From contig NC_087245.1 in the NCBI RefSeq assembly GCF_037042905.1, positions 6,884,001 through 6,948,000 on the forward strand: DNA of 64,000 bases. The letters run 5' to 3'. This DNA is from Lytechinus pictus. Lineage: Eukaryota. The translations under genes were made by a program, and so were the position numbers. Below, piece by piece: positions 41,458-54,174 of this stretch (within the stretch, counting starts at the first letter, position 1; each line of letters starts with the position of its first letter). A model generated the notes under the pieces. It was not told the DNA's origin. It ran no database searches and was given only the letters and a program-made list of their open reading frames with translations.

Positions 41458-44400
41458 ATGGATACAGGTGCAGCTTTGAGTAATGGTGTTGTAGCCCAGC
41501 GGCAACAAGCCCTACAGAAATTTTCTGATGTCATAGATTCAGCAAGCAAAAACCTTGATGGAATTTTGAAAGAAATTGGATGGAGTATTGAAGATCTTCA
41601 GGTGTGTATGTTACACTGCAGTAAATTAGAGCTTGGGGGATACATATCTCTTTTGTTGTCTCCTTTCACAATGATTGATGAGTATCCCAATCACCAAATA
41701 AAATCAGTTGAAGTTTTCCAATAACTTGCTGAGGGAGGAAGGTTGTGTTATATCTTTTAAATTTAACATGTACTATTATATGCATGCCCATCAACTTTCT
41801 AAAGAATGTTTTTGATCATGTTTACTCTGGATAGCATGTGTAATATTTTTTCTTTTTAGACCCCCCAACTTCAAAAAATATATTCTCCCTTACAAAATTA
41901 CAACAGTTAGAGAAAACAAGTGACAAAAACTTGGCATTTCCTTCAGGAAAACAAAATATATCCCAGTAAGCAGCCTGTTCCATTCCTAACCAGTTTATAT
42001 GATAATCTTGATTATAATATTTGTAAACTGAAATTTGCAATATGTTTTCTTGCTTAAAATTTGATATAAAAAGCAAGAAACAATTGTAAATGTTGGAATT
42101 GGAAATAAACAAAGGAAATGGAATATCTATCCACTGCTTTGTTTATCTATCAATGAATCTATGTATTCATTCATTCATCGTCTCACCTGCATAGCAGAGT
42201 GAGACTATAGGCGCCGCTTTTCCGACGGCGGCGTCAACACCAAATCTTAACCGAAGGTTAAGTTTTTGAAATGACAGCATAACTTAGAAAGTAGAAACTT
42301 GGCCATAAGGTTAATCATGTATTACTGAACATCCTGCCTGAGTTTCATGTCACATGACCAAGAACAATGGTCTTTTAGGGTCAATGAACTTAGACCATGT
42401 TGGGGAATCAACATCAAAATCTTAACCTAAGGTTAAGTTTTTGAAATGTCATCATAAAAGGGTCAATGAACTTTGGCCAAATTGGGGGTATCTGTTGAAT
42501 TACCATCATAACTTTGAAAGTTTATGGATCTGATTCATGAAACTTGGACATAATAGTAATCAACTATCACTGAACATCTTGCGCAAGTTTCAGGTCACAT
42601 GATTAAGGTCAAAGGTCATTTAGGGTCAATGAACTTTGGTAAAACTGGGGGTATTTGTTGAATTACCATCATAACTTTGAAAGTTTATTGGTCTAGTTCA
42701 TATAACTTGGACATAAGAGTAATGAAGTATCACTGAACATCCTATGCGAATTTCAGGTCACATGACCAACGTCTAAGGTCAATGAACTTTGGCCATGTTT
42801 GGGGTATTTGTTGAATTACCATCATAACTCTGTAAGTATAAATAGTTCATAAAACTTGGACATAAGAGTCATCAAGTATCACCGAATATCTCATGTGAGT
42901 TTCAGGTCACATGACGAAAGTCAAAGGTCATTTAAGGCCATTGAACTTTTGCCATTTTAGAGGTAATTATTAGATTGCTGTCATAACTTTCAAAGTTTAT
43001 ATAGTGTATAAAATGTGGATATAGGGATAATCAAGTATCACTGACAAGTTTTAGGTCACATGATCAAGGTAAAATATCAATTAACATAGTATTGTATCAT
43101 TATACAAATGTTTTTTTTTGTGAATAATTATTTTATAGTAGTTTTCAAAGTCAGAACTGCTGCTATATTGAATCGCATGATGCAGGTGAGACCGCCAGAA
43201 GCATTCCACTTGTTTATTATACTAATCACTAATCAGCACATTTAAATCCCAAATGGTCAGTTTACAACTATCAAGACCTGTCCTATAACTACTATCATTA
43301 TCAATAATTCTTTCCTTTTACCCTTTCCAAAAGACCAAAGAAGCTGAGATGGTATGTCCTCTTAACCCAAATCATAGAGTGATTGAGTCCTCTCTTGAAG
43401 GTCACATTGAGAGATGCAAGTGGGCGAGAGATGGATACACCAAGGAAGAAAAGGTAACAGATTGATGGAAATCATCTTTAAACTGTATTGCACATTAACA
43501 CCAATTTTGGGTCTGACATGCAAATACAAAAAGTGCGTACATGAAACTATGGAACTGTGTATTGCAAGACCTCAAGAATCTTATGAAAGATCACATTTCG
43601 AGCTTTAAGCTGTATAGATTTCATGAATTCATGTATGGGAGTCACAACCTTATGAGAATATGAAAGTGTTTTTAGATTTGAATGAAATTTATAATTTTGA
43701 TAATCTATAAAGTATTGAATGATTATGAATGACAAACCCAAATAAACCAAGATATTAATTTTCAGTACATCTGATTGCCAATATTCTATGGTCCTTTACT
43801 CATTCATAAGTATGGCATACCAAGGACTTTTTCTCTCCATATTTTTTTTTCTTATTCTGCTTTATAGGATCATGCAGCATCTTTGGAGGCCAATAGCTTC
43901 TTCTATGAAAATAAAAAGAATGTTCATACAGTTGAGCTTGGTAGGTATCCAATATGGGATATGGGCTTTATAGTATTTATGAGGTATCTAGTTGCCTACG
44001 TAATGATGCACTATATGTTACCCTGGTTTTAGATCCAGCTGCTAAAGGCTCTTGGAGCATTCAAAGAATAAATCCTACCGGACACCCATACACCTCACCT
44101 GGGTTGAGTGCAGCACAATGTGGGTAAATTTTGTGCTGAAGGAAAACCCGCCATGGCTAGGAATCGAACTAATGTCCCTCAGATTGAAAGACGAGAGTCA
44201 TAACAACTAGACCACGACACGCCCATGATGATGTTCATTGCTAAATATCTTTATTATGATTGAGATTATAGTGTATATGTACAGTGAATCACTTTAATTT
44301 TCTTTCTATTAAAGTTGAAGTAATAGTTTTTATTCAGATTTTTTAAAGGAGAACTATATTGATTATGAATGTGGTCTTATTATATGTCAATGGAAAGGTA

Positions 44401-47400
44401 ATGATGTGGGGATTATCAGTGGGTCATTCAAAAATAACGAAAATAATACATAAGGTGAAAATCGCCGATTAAAAAACGCTCAAAATGCCTCTCCGAAATA
44501 TGCCTCGCATCGGTCTCTGAATTGACTTGAATTTGATGACGTCACTTTCTGTACGAGATGCGTGATTGGCTCTCCCACGTGAAGCTCCACTTGCATGCAA
44601 AACCTGTTGCGAGGGTATGTTTTCTCCACACTGTCACTGAATACTTCGATCACGAAATGAAAGAAAACCCAGATTTTTATCTAGATTTGGATTTTCAAAT
44701 TGATGATTTTGAAGATGAAGAGAATGATGATGAAATGAACAACAAAGTGACGTAGTTGGAGGTAAATTGGGGGAATTACGCCGATGATGATGAGTCGGAC
44801 AATTCAACTTGCAACACGATCACATGCCGATTCGCTACCTAACTCATGCAGCTGCTAAGTGCTAGCTACACCGCGCGGGCCAAATTGAATTCATGAAAAT
44901 GAATTACCACACTGTCCAGACAGAGTCTCTTACCTCTGTGACTATGAAGAAGGAAAATAATGATAAAACTGTACTTACAAACAAGTGAATGTAATCCGAA
45001 CTTAAAAAAAAAAAAAAAAAATTATACGAGATGTTACTATATTTTTATATAGATAAATAATTCCCCGAGTTTCGTTATTTTGTCAAATTAATGAGATAAA
45101 AATTACATCTAACAGAACGAGTGACAATCTATCCCAGCCACATGAAGTTTACCATCGGTGCATATCGTCTGCTGCTATTCGTTGAGTTGATTTGCCTTCA
45201 GGTTCGGATTACATTCACTTATTTGTAAGAACAGTCTTATCATTATTTTCCTTCTTCATAGTCACAGAAGTAAGAGACTCTGTCTGGACAGTGTGGTAAG
45301 TCATTTTCGTGAATTCAATTTGGCACGCGCGGTGTAGCTAGCACTTAGCAGCTGCATGAGTTGGTAGCGAATCGGCATGTGATCGTGTTGCAAGTTGAAT
45401 TGTCCGACTCCTCATCATCGATTCCCCCAATTTACCCCCAACTACGTCACTTTGTTGTTCACTTCATCATCATTCTCTTCATCTTCAAAATCATCAATTT
45501 GAAAATCCAAATCTAGATAAAATTCTGGGTTTTCTTTCATTTCGTGATCGAAGTATTCAGTGACAATGTGGAGAAAACGTACCCTCGCAACAGGTTTTGC
45601 ATGCAAGTGGAGCTTCACGTGGGAGAGCCAATCACGCCTCTCGTACAGAAAGTGACGTCATAAAAAATCCCCAATTTCGCGGACGTAATTCTGCGTGTTT
45701 GAAGCATTCAGAGAGAGAACTTTAAACTATCAATTAACTGAGTTCCATCGGTCTCCATGATAAATGATGTACACCATCGTGTTCTCCTTATTTTCTCCTT
45801 TGATTTGATATATGATTCTCCATTTTTACGATTTTCAATATATTTCTCCTTTATTAAATGTGTCAGTTAAAGCATTGCCACTTAATGAAATCTTGCAATA
45901 AGTTAGGAGAAAATACTATTTTGATTGATAAGTGATCTTTACAAAAGACCATTATGATAGGGTTGAATATCTATCACCTTCAGCGATATTTCTAGTTTTA
46001 TTAGAAATTTAACTGACAAGCAACACCTGTAATAAACGGATACTCCCAATTTCTTTGTCTGTATAGATTCATGACTGAAACTCTTTAATAGAATTTAGTT
46101 TTTGATGTTAAAATATGATTATTTTGAAATTGATTTGTAATTTTTTTTGCATCTTTTCCTTTAGATATGAGCAGTCAAAGGGAAATAATGTCAAGATTTG
46201 CTGGTAAGAGTCACATGAACAGATTGAATAGGCATTGTATGGTCTTTATCAATGCAAGTTGCCATTTCGGTGATGACATTAAAATAACATTAGAATCACT
46301 CTACACATAATTGCCTGTAGAGTGATTTCCTGTGACATTTGATTTCGGAGAAGGTTTTCTTTTTTTCTCTCTTCCCCAAAGCATGTATTATTATTAACAA
46401 GAGAATGTATTTATACTGGAGTTTGTGAATTTGTGGATATCTTCGTGAATTATTTCCCTTAAAATAGAGATATTATATTAAACAAAAACAAGTTATACAC
46501 CATTTCATAGGTTAGGGTCTGCTCTTTCATATTGTATTGCGTATACAAGCTATGAAATCATTTTTCTTCCTGACTTACGGATTTCAAGGTGAACATCAAC
46601 AAATTATGGAAAGTTGTAAACTTGGAGCAGGGAAAAAAAATTGATAAGTCTGACATTATGCCCCATTACTTTAGGTCTATTAAGATACAACAAAGCAATG
46701 CTTTGAAAGCATAGATAAGAAACAAAATGGTTGTGAATTATTATCATATTACCTGCCTGCATGAATCTTATCAGTTTCGATCAAATATCAAGAAATTGCT
46801 ATCTTATATAAATGAAACAAATACCAAAGAGTAGATAGAATATTTTTTATAAAGAAATATTAAACAATAATTGTTTTTATTTCAGCTGGATAATACAAGA
46901 CTGCTTCAGCTTGACTTCCTTTTACTCACACTAATACACTGAGCACTGTGGATCTGTGGCTGTTATTCACACTGTTAGCAACTGATTATATCCTTAAACA
47001 CATATCCTTTCATATAAAGTTCAATGCTCAGTTCTTGACAAAACTTTCTTTTATCTACAATCATGAAAACTTACCTATTTGTATTTTAAGCTCTCGCTTG
47101 CGAGGCTGCAAGCAATAATGCCAGTTACGACGAAGATCTGACAAACTTGCAGCCTTGCTAGCGATAGTTTACCAAAATTAGGTAAATTTTCACGATTTTT
47201 CTTGACATGTATATATTTGTCCAAGTATTTCATAAGGAAAAAGTTTAAACTTGTCCTGTATAAATAAAAAAGTATCAATGGACATGATGTGTAATTTATT
47301 CAGCTGTGCACTGGAAAATACCTTATATACATAATGTCTCACAGACATGAACGGACAAAAGAAGGTAAATCAATGAATTAAAAAAATTATTTTTAAAGGT

Positions 47401-50400
47401 TATGCAAAATAAAAAACAACGTTTTCCAGGGTTGTTAGTGAATTCCCTATTCATTTTATATAATGTTTTTTTTTTTCATTATGCCATAATGCATGTACCT
47501 TATTGCTTATGGTTTCACAAGACTTTAGAGAGAGAGCAAATTTATTCCTACCATATGGAAAATTTGATAAATCTTTTTGTTCTTCATTATCACTTTACTT
47601 TACAATCTGTTCGAGTAATGAATATTTGAGAGCATGACATCTTGTCATATAAAATAGAATACAGAGACAGAGATCTTTTTTAGGAAGGTCCCACATATAG
47701 ATGACCGGAAATGTACAGTGCACAATTCGTTGAATTGCCCCTTAATATGTAAAGCATGAAAGAAGAATATTGTCATATGACACAGCTATTTTTAATGCAG
47801 GTTTTATTACTCTTGTAGGTCCATCAGATAGGACGTTCCCTCGGACAATGGACCGTCTTGATGTAGAATTCAGCCCTGATGAGAGACTAGCTATCTATGA
47901 GAAGGTTAGGGAGAAGAGTCAAATTCAAACACAAGCTGACATTGATGACCTAGAGATAAACCTTGAAACAGATAAGAAAGGTAAAGATGATTTTAGTGAT
48001 GGTGATCGTGAATGTGATTGTGATAATTTCTGTAATGATGATGATGATGGCGATGGTGGTGATGTTGTTTCCAACAGGAATCCTACTCGGCATTGTTTCC
48101 TTGTTGTCCTCCCATTAAATCAAAACTATGTATACGAGCAACTTGATCAATATTGTGCATAGACAATGTCCAAATATACATTGTCAATTCTATTCTGATG
48201 GTAAACAGCTCTACATTTCTGATATCCCTGATTAGAATCAACTAGATTGTAATGTTTCAATCTTGGAAGATTGTTTAAGCTTTATCCATACTTGGATGCT
48301 TCATCATAAGCTCATGCTTAACAAAAAGAAAACTGAAATTCTCATTGTTGGAAACGTAACGGCAAGTTGTGAAACTGGATATTGACCATATGAGAATAGG
48401 AGAATCTGAAGTAATACCAATTAGTACAGTAAGAAACCTTGGTTTTTGGCTAGATTCTCGGTTAAATATGGAGACACAGATATCCAGTATGTGCAAATCT
48501 GCCTTTTACACTCTATAATCTATTCCACATCCATAAATATCTAGATCAGGAAAACACAGAGAGACTTGTTCATGCCTAAATTGGTAGATATAGTAGAGAT
48601 ATTGTTCAGTAAACAAGTGATAAATACTGCCTGGCTCATTTTCTACTATGAACATCACTGTTCATTCATATCCCACAAGGCAGTCTTTAAACATACATTT
48701 GGTTAATCACCGCACCACATTAGCACATAAATCAATCAGGCATCGGGTTTCAAATGTTGGAATCCTCTCCCAAATGATATTCGAAATTTGAGAACCTCAC
48801 TTTATTTTAAATTGGTTGTAAAGCGCATTTTCCTTTCAAAATTGCAGAATCAATAAAATGCACATAAGACATGAGTTATTTTACGTTTTTCTACCTTCGT
48901 AATTGGAGAATTAAGAATTGAACTTTGTTAAATTTACTATTACCATATATGTATAACAACTTGATACTTAACTGTTCAATATAAAGGTATTCTTTCACCT
49001 TTTCTTTTATGTATTTCCTCTCTTATTTCCTCTTTTCCTTTTTTGTGTTCTTTTCTTTTGTTTTCATTGTATTTTCATTCTTTTGTTTATGTTTGTTTTA
49101 AGTGATACAAATGAAGTTGAAAGGTGTTTCAACCAATCAAGCTCCAGGCTTATGTTGTACGGTCGCACCTTTGAAGGTTCATTATGTACTTTTCATGTTT
49201 TATATTCTTTTACAAAGTATATCATCTATGTAATCTCATATATTGTATTCATATTGTGACATTGTAAACATGCATGAATAAATCAAATAATTCATTAATT
49301 ATTATTTTTTTATTAGTATCAAACAGTGGTCTCTTTTCTATACAGCTTTCCAAAGAGACCTGTTTTTGTTTTATCTGTTTTCCTGTCAATTTTTCTTCAT
49401 TTTGTAGATGAAGAAGACAAGAAGGAGAAAGTGAAAACTCATTCAGAGGTCCTAGCTGAGATGAGAGACTACCGACGACGCAGACAGAGCTATAGAGCTA
49501 AGAATGTCCACATCACTAAGAAAACCAGAACTGATGTAAGTATAGCACAGCCACTATCACAAAATTAGCCATGTTTGGGTTATGTAAGGACTGCTGAGAA
49601 AAACGTGCCTTTGGAAAGATTTCTGTTGTTTCACTAGAAAACAAGGAGATGAAATAGATAGGAATCCTGTAAATACCTTGTGATTTGTGCAAAGATGTTG
49701 AATTCTGTGAGTTTAAATTAGCAAGATTATACCTACTTTGCCGCATCCATGATATGCAGTGGGGATTCTTGCATTATTTTGTTGATACTGAACTGGGAGT
49801 ATTAGATGAGAATAGATGCTGAGCAGGATTCCTTGCTAAGATACCAAGCCAGGAGTTGTTTTTACAAAATCTTCTGCAAGGTCTAGTAATATAATGGTTT
49901 CTATGTCAATTATAAAGCTAGTTTGATGCGTAGAGATCAAAAAAAAGCTGATATTTTTGCAGATTTCCCACCTATCACCACCACCGCAATTAAACATAGA
50001 TTAAGATTTGCTGGTCACTTTTTCCATTGTGAGAATGAAGTTATTTCTGATGTACTTTTGTTGCGCCTCCCTCATAAAACCAGAGGACTGAGACCTTTAA
50101 ATTTTGTTGATTAATATGTAGGAATAGAAATAAATTGTTACAAGATTTACCAACTCTCCTGTAGGATCACATATTAAAGTCATGTGATGTTTACTTTTCA
50201 ATATGAAAGGAGCATCAAACAATCTGTTGAAACAATTCTTGAAATGGCTTAGAAATGGGACCTGCCTCAATAACAAGTCATTTAAAACAGATCTTTACAA
50301 CCTAAATAACCCTGTATATTTTGCGTAAAGAGGAACACTTGTCATTAAGAATACAAATCCTGTTGAGTTTAAACTAATGATGTGGTTTGATTACTTTGAA

Positions 50401-51736
50401 ATATGTTCTGTTTACTGTTTTGTTTTCTTTTTAATACTTTTATCTTCCAGTTTGTGTTGTTATTTTGGTAAACCTTGTTATGTTTTAATCTCTACCAGAT
50501 TATAAGGGAGATCATTGAATCTAATATGAAGTTCTTTGAAGACTCTCCGTCTGCTGTCAAAGAAAAAGAGGAAGCTGTCAAAGAAGAAGAGGAAGACAAA
50601 AAACATGAAAGGTATTTCAAATCTCTTTACTTTAATTCTCATGTAGCAAACAATATGATTCACCTGTATCCATTTAAAAATAAAGAAAACCCAATGATTT
50701 TGACTGAGATTGAAAAAACCCTGTATATTTTAAACCAAATTTCATCAATCAGGTTTCTAATCAGTGCTATGAACACTAAAATTTGAATTTTAATGGATAT
50801 ATACATTGAAATTGAAATAAAATCTTGTATGATTGCCCAAGTGTTTTGATGTATTTTTAATTATCATTGACTTAGATTCTCACTATAGGAATCATGAAAC
50901 CTGTTTAAGTCTTTATTTTATCAACAAATAACCACAGATTTTGCCTGCTTGATTGTATCAAATTCTGTAACCAATTTTCTCCAAACTTGAGAGTGTTCAC
51001 CATTATCTTAAAGTGTGGAGTTTTATTTCTAACCATTATTTTGTCCTTTCTTTTGCTATTTACTTTCTAATTCTACCTTTGAGTAGATAAGAAAATGCAC
51101 TTTCGAAGATAATTAGGAAAAAAAATTAGGAAAATTATACTTGCCATGTGAATAGAGAATTATAACCATTTGCATTGCAACATTCTTATCAGAGTGTAAA
51201 ACTGTCCTGATTTCCTATTTACGGTGATAGCAATTAGAGTACAAATGTATTTCACATCCACAGATACCTGCTTGGCACTGCAGACACATCACATTCTAGA
51301 CCTATACCCACATGACTAGTCTAAGGCCGTTGGTGGTATTTCCATAAAAAACATTGTCATTAGAATAAACATCAAATCTTGACCCACACTCACTTTCTGA
51401 CTTAATTGTTGTGGGAAGTTAATATTTATTGTTATCTCTCTCAGGTTTAATTATTAAAGCTGTCATGTGCACATGATTATACAGAATACTCATGATCACC
51501 CATTATTGTTTTCATCCATTAGAACTCACTCGAGATCTAGAGAGGGTAGTACCTCCAGAGATACAAGGGATCATCACCGACGTCGCCGATCACGGAGCAG
51601 GGATCGAAGCAGAAGAAGAGATCGGACCAGATCACAAAGCAAAGAAAGCAAATCACACCGTCATAAGCATCGTCGTCATAGTAAACATAAGCATAAAAGT
51701 AGACATAGATCACCATCTATGGAAGATAATGATTGA
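41458..51736 (+). CDS. SNRNP48: U11/U12 small nuclear ribonucleoprotein 48 kDa protein, 330 aa; coding exons 41458-41601, 43334-43453, 43868-43940, 46165-46203, 47819-47980, 49408-49535, 50499-50611, 51523-51736
   Basis: GT-AG introns with consistent phases, 993 nt in total. Contains the CHHC zinc finger CPLNPNHRVIESSLEGHIERC followed by GYTKEE, FFYEN, ERLAIYE, the conserved LAEMRDYRRRRQSYRAKNVHITKK motif and an RS/His/Lys-rich tail. Confidence 0.95.
42180..43214 (+). mobile_element. Non-autonomous element with subterminal inverted repeats and internal tandem units of about 125 bp (Helentron/DINE-like architecture)
   Basis: gtctcacctgcat (42180) / atgcaggtgagac (43180) followed by a short 3' tail; about six internal units. 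The classification is inference. Confidence 0.7.
43990..44224 (-). mobile_element. tRNA-derived SINE
   Basis: Minus strand gggcgtgtcgtggtctagttgttatgactctcgtctttcaatctgagggacattagttcgattcctagcc is a tRNA-like head with A and B boxes, followed by a body of about 160 bp. Confidence 0.75.
44347..45850. mobile_element. Kolobok-like non-autonomous element containing a long internal inverted repeat (arms 44536-45001 and 45202-45661)
   Basis: ttaa|aggagaa ... ttctcct|ttat termini; internal arms of about 460 bp are near-perfect reverse complements around a 200-bp spacer. Confidence 0.75.
46988..47010 (+). promoter_or_regulatory. USSE-like element (U11 snRNP-binding splicing enhancer): tandem U12-type 5' splice-site motifs
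   Basis: ATATCCTT-aaacac-ATATCCTTT on the sense strand in the fourth coding intron of SNRNP48, with an upstream cryptic 3' splice site at 46885. Confidence 0.8.
47059..47197. repeat. Foldback hairpin of about 140 bp just downstream of the USSE-like element
   Basis: aatcatgaaaacttaccta / taggtaaattttcacgatt and tcgcttgcgaggctgcaag / cttgcagccttgctagcga. Confidence 0.85.
48270..49290 (+). mobile_element. Decayed LINE fragments (RT C-terminal region and 3' tail)
   Basis: LMLNKKKTEILIVG, VRNLGFWLDSRLNMETQISSMCKSAF and later WNPLPNDIRN; tail aataaatcaaataa. Confidence 0.7.
49925..50114 (+). mobile_element. LINE fragment (RTE-like C-terminus)
   Basis: PPITTTAIKHRLRFAGHFFHCENEVISDVLL resembles the RLRFAGH motif of RTE-type ORF2 tails. 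Confidence 0.55.
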
Positions 51737-51803
51737 TCAGTTATAGAATGATTTCTGAAATGTTTTTTGTTTCATAAAAGACTGGCAACTGTTGCAACTT
51801 CAG

Positions 51804-51959
51804 GGGCCTGTTTCATAAAAGACTGGCAACTGTTGCAACTTTGCCAATTTGGCAACTCACATAGAAACCTCAATTGTGATTTGCTGCTGAGCCCAGTTGC
51901 CATGGTAGTTGCCATTATGGCAAAATTACAACAGTTGCAAGTCCTTTATGAAATGGGCC
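51804..51959. mobile_element. Harbinger-like MITE in the SNRNP48 3' UTR, same family as 62804-62959
   Basis: cag|gggcctgtttcataaaagact ... agtcctttatgaaatgggcc|cag with CWG flanks. Confidence 0.8.
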
Positions 51960-53788
51960 CAGGTCTTAACAACTATAGGTGTCTTTAGAACCACATGTCT
52001 GCTTGTTGCAAATTTTATATCAAATGTTTTCTAATAATTAAAGAAAATGTTGCAGCTATTTTTTTTTACGATTAACATATAGCTCTCAACCAGAGTCGCA
52101 GCTTTGTTATACCAGTATTTATATTCATCTGTATGTGCACTAATATGCTGGTATTACCCATGTGGAAAAAGAGAAGGAAATATATTCTCCCATCTTGAGT
52201 AAACTTGGGTGGTATGGTTTTTTTTTTCAGAGAAAACTGTACTCCCTTTAATTCTTTTAATTTTTTTTTTCATTAAAAAACAAATACCATCATATAATTT
52301 GCAGTTTCATGTATACACTGTTATTTTTTTTCTTAACATATAAAAGTATTTGCCTGCCCGTCCACTTTTAATTGTAATTATTTGTTTACGTTCATGGTAA
52401 TTATAATGAATTCAGTGGTTCAGAGTAAATGAATGAAGAAGTAAGAATTAATTCTTTAGCATTTGATCTAAATAAATTCAGCTGCTTAAAAATTGTGAGT
52501 GAATTAAATTCAGTTCAAGAAAAAAGTTAGAGAAAGTAGCATCATTTGAGTGTATGTAATAAGGCCTTTTTAATATGGCATGGCAAACCAAGAATATATT
52601 TGCATGTCAATGAATTATGAAAAGATCTACAAGTATATGCCACCAAGACAGGGCTCACTTTTATAGTTGCCCGACTGCAAAAACCTGTGAAACAATTAGA
52701 TTAAATGATACAGAAAATATGTTACAAGGTTGCCAATGCAACTTTTTTCAGACATCGCACTGCTTTGAAATAATAAGACGCGATGAATACATGCATGCAA
52801 AGTGGGGTGGTTTGAAGTGCTATATCTGAATACTGAGAATGTGTGTTTGGGAGGGTAGGGTTCCCTGTCATATCTCAATGGGTGGTGGTTCCTAAAGATC
52901 TTTGGAAGTCCCACATGACTTTATGTGCAACTGATGTCCCTTCTTGTGAAATGCAGCTACTGCTTATTTTTCCTGTTTTAACACAAAATTCTTGATAAGT
53001 AACAAACTTTGCATTCAAACTGTTGGTGTTCATCCGAACCATTGTATCAGTCAATTTTGGTTAAAAAAATAATTTTTTTAGATTTTTGCAGAAATCGAAA
53101 GTAAAAGTCCCATTCTATACATTTATTTTAGTTTCTGAGATCTATGGGTATTTTCACAGTGATGCCATACAAACTGTTGATAAAATGCACAAATCCCATT
53201 AGAAACATGTACTGTAGCAAAGCAAAAAACAGCTGCGCGCACTTAATGAGCGAAATTGTAAATGTGTGGTCAGCCAAACTGTCATATCGGCACTGCGTTG
53301 ACTTTGTACGTGAAAAAGCGATATGTTTTGACTGATCGCATGCATTGAAATCACGGTCAGGGTTGTTATATCCCTATGGCGTTTTACAGGGAAAATCTAA
53401 ATCGCTAAAACGAAAAATTACAAGCATGTAGCTCTTTTGCAATATTTTCTCTGAATCATGGTTTTGTGTAAAAATAAAGATGCAATGGTCAAGCAATTGT
53501 CTTTCCAACCATGTATTTTCTAGCAATGATTATGTTGTAAGGCCAGGGAACAGAGTGTGTAAATTATAGTAAACTTTGAAGTTCATTTTCTCTAAAATAG
53601 GTTTGCACTGTCGTACAGGCATTGTGTGATACGACAGTTTGGATGACCGCAGACGAAATGCTAGTTAACGAGAATTTAAACTACAAAGTTGGAACGGATT
53701 AGATTACAAATTACTGATATCATTATCTTGCACAAGAAAGGTCACAAGCCATGCTTTACAAACAGCTTCATAAAATGGTCCCCAGAGC

Positions 53789-54174
53789 TGGTATTCAATT
53801 CAATATTGGTATTAAGTATTTTGCAATAGGAAAATAAATATTCATCTCAGGTGTTCAATTGTATTTTTTTGGTTAAATATATTGTAACTGCCTACCTGGC
53901 TTAAGTCTGGCTTGCATGGAATTTACAAATGTGCAAATATGCATTCATACATTGCATATGCAGTCATACATACTGAACACGGGTGGATAAGTAAATAGCG
54001 CATTATTTGGCTTAAACTTTATGACGTCACAATGGTTATTATTACTGTAATTATTTTGCTTGAATTTGGCTTGGTGAAGTAAAATACCTAGTGATCCAAA
54101 TACGAGTTTATGCATTTTGCTCAGCCAAACAAAGTGCTAAGTAGAATACTTAAATCTTTTCAATTGAATACCAG
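53789..54174. mobile_element. MITE-like element
   Basis: TIR ctggtattcaatt..ttaagtatt / aatacttaa..aattgaataccag. Confidence 0.6.

Noticed and set aside
44150..44224. tRNA gene (also 19960-20012 and 30105-30152)
   Set aside because: A and B boxes are present but the cloverleaf is broken and SINE bodies follow.
44558..44755. Acidic 65-aa ORF as an SNRNP48 exon
   Set aside because: It lies in one arm of the inverted repeat, and the gene model is complete and in phase without it.
46988..47818. A real AT-AC U12-type intron starting at the ATATCCTT motifs
   Set aside because: No coding exon ends there and I saw no convincing TCCTTAAC branch point with an AC acceptor downstream. The flanking exons join in phase through GT-AG.
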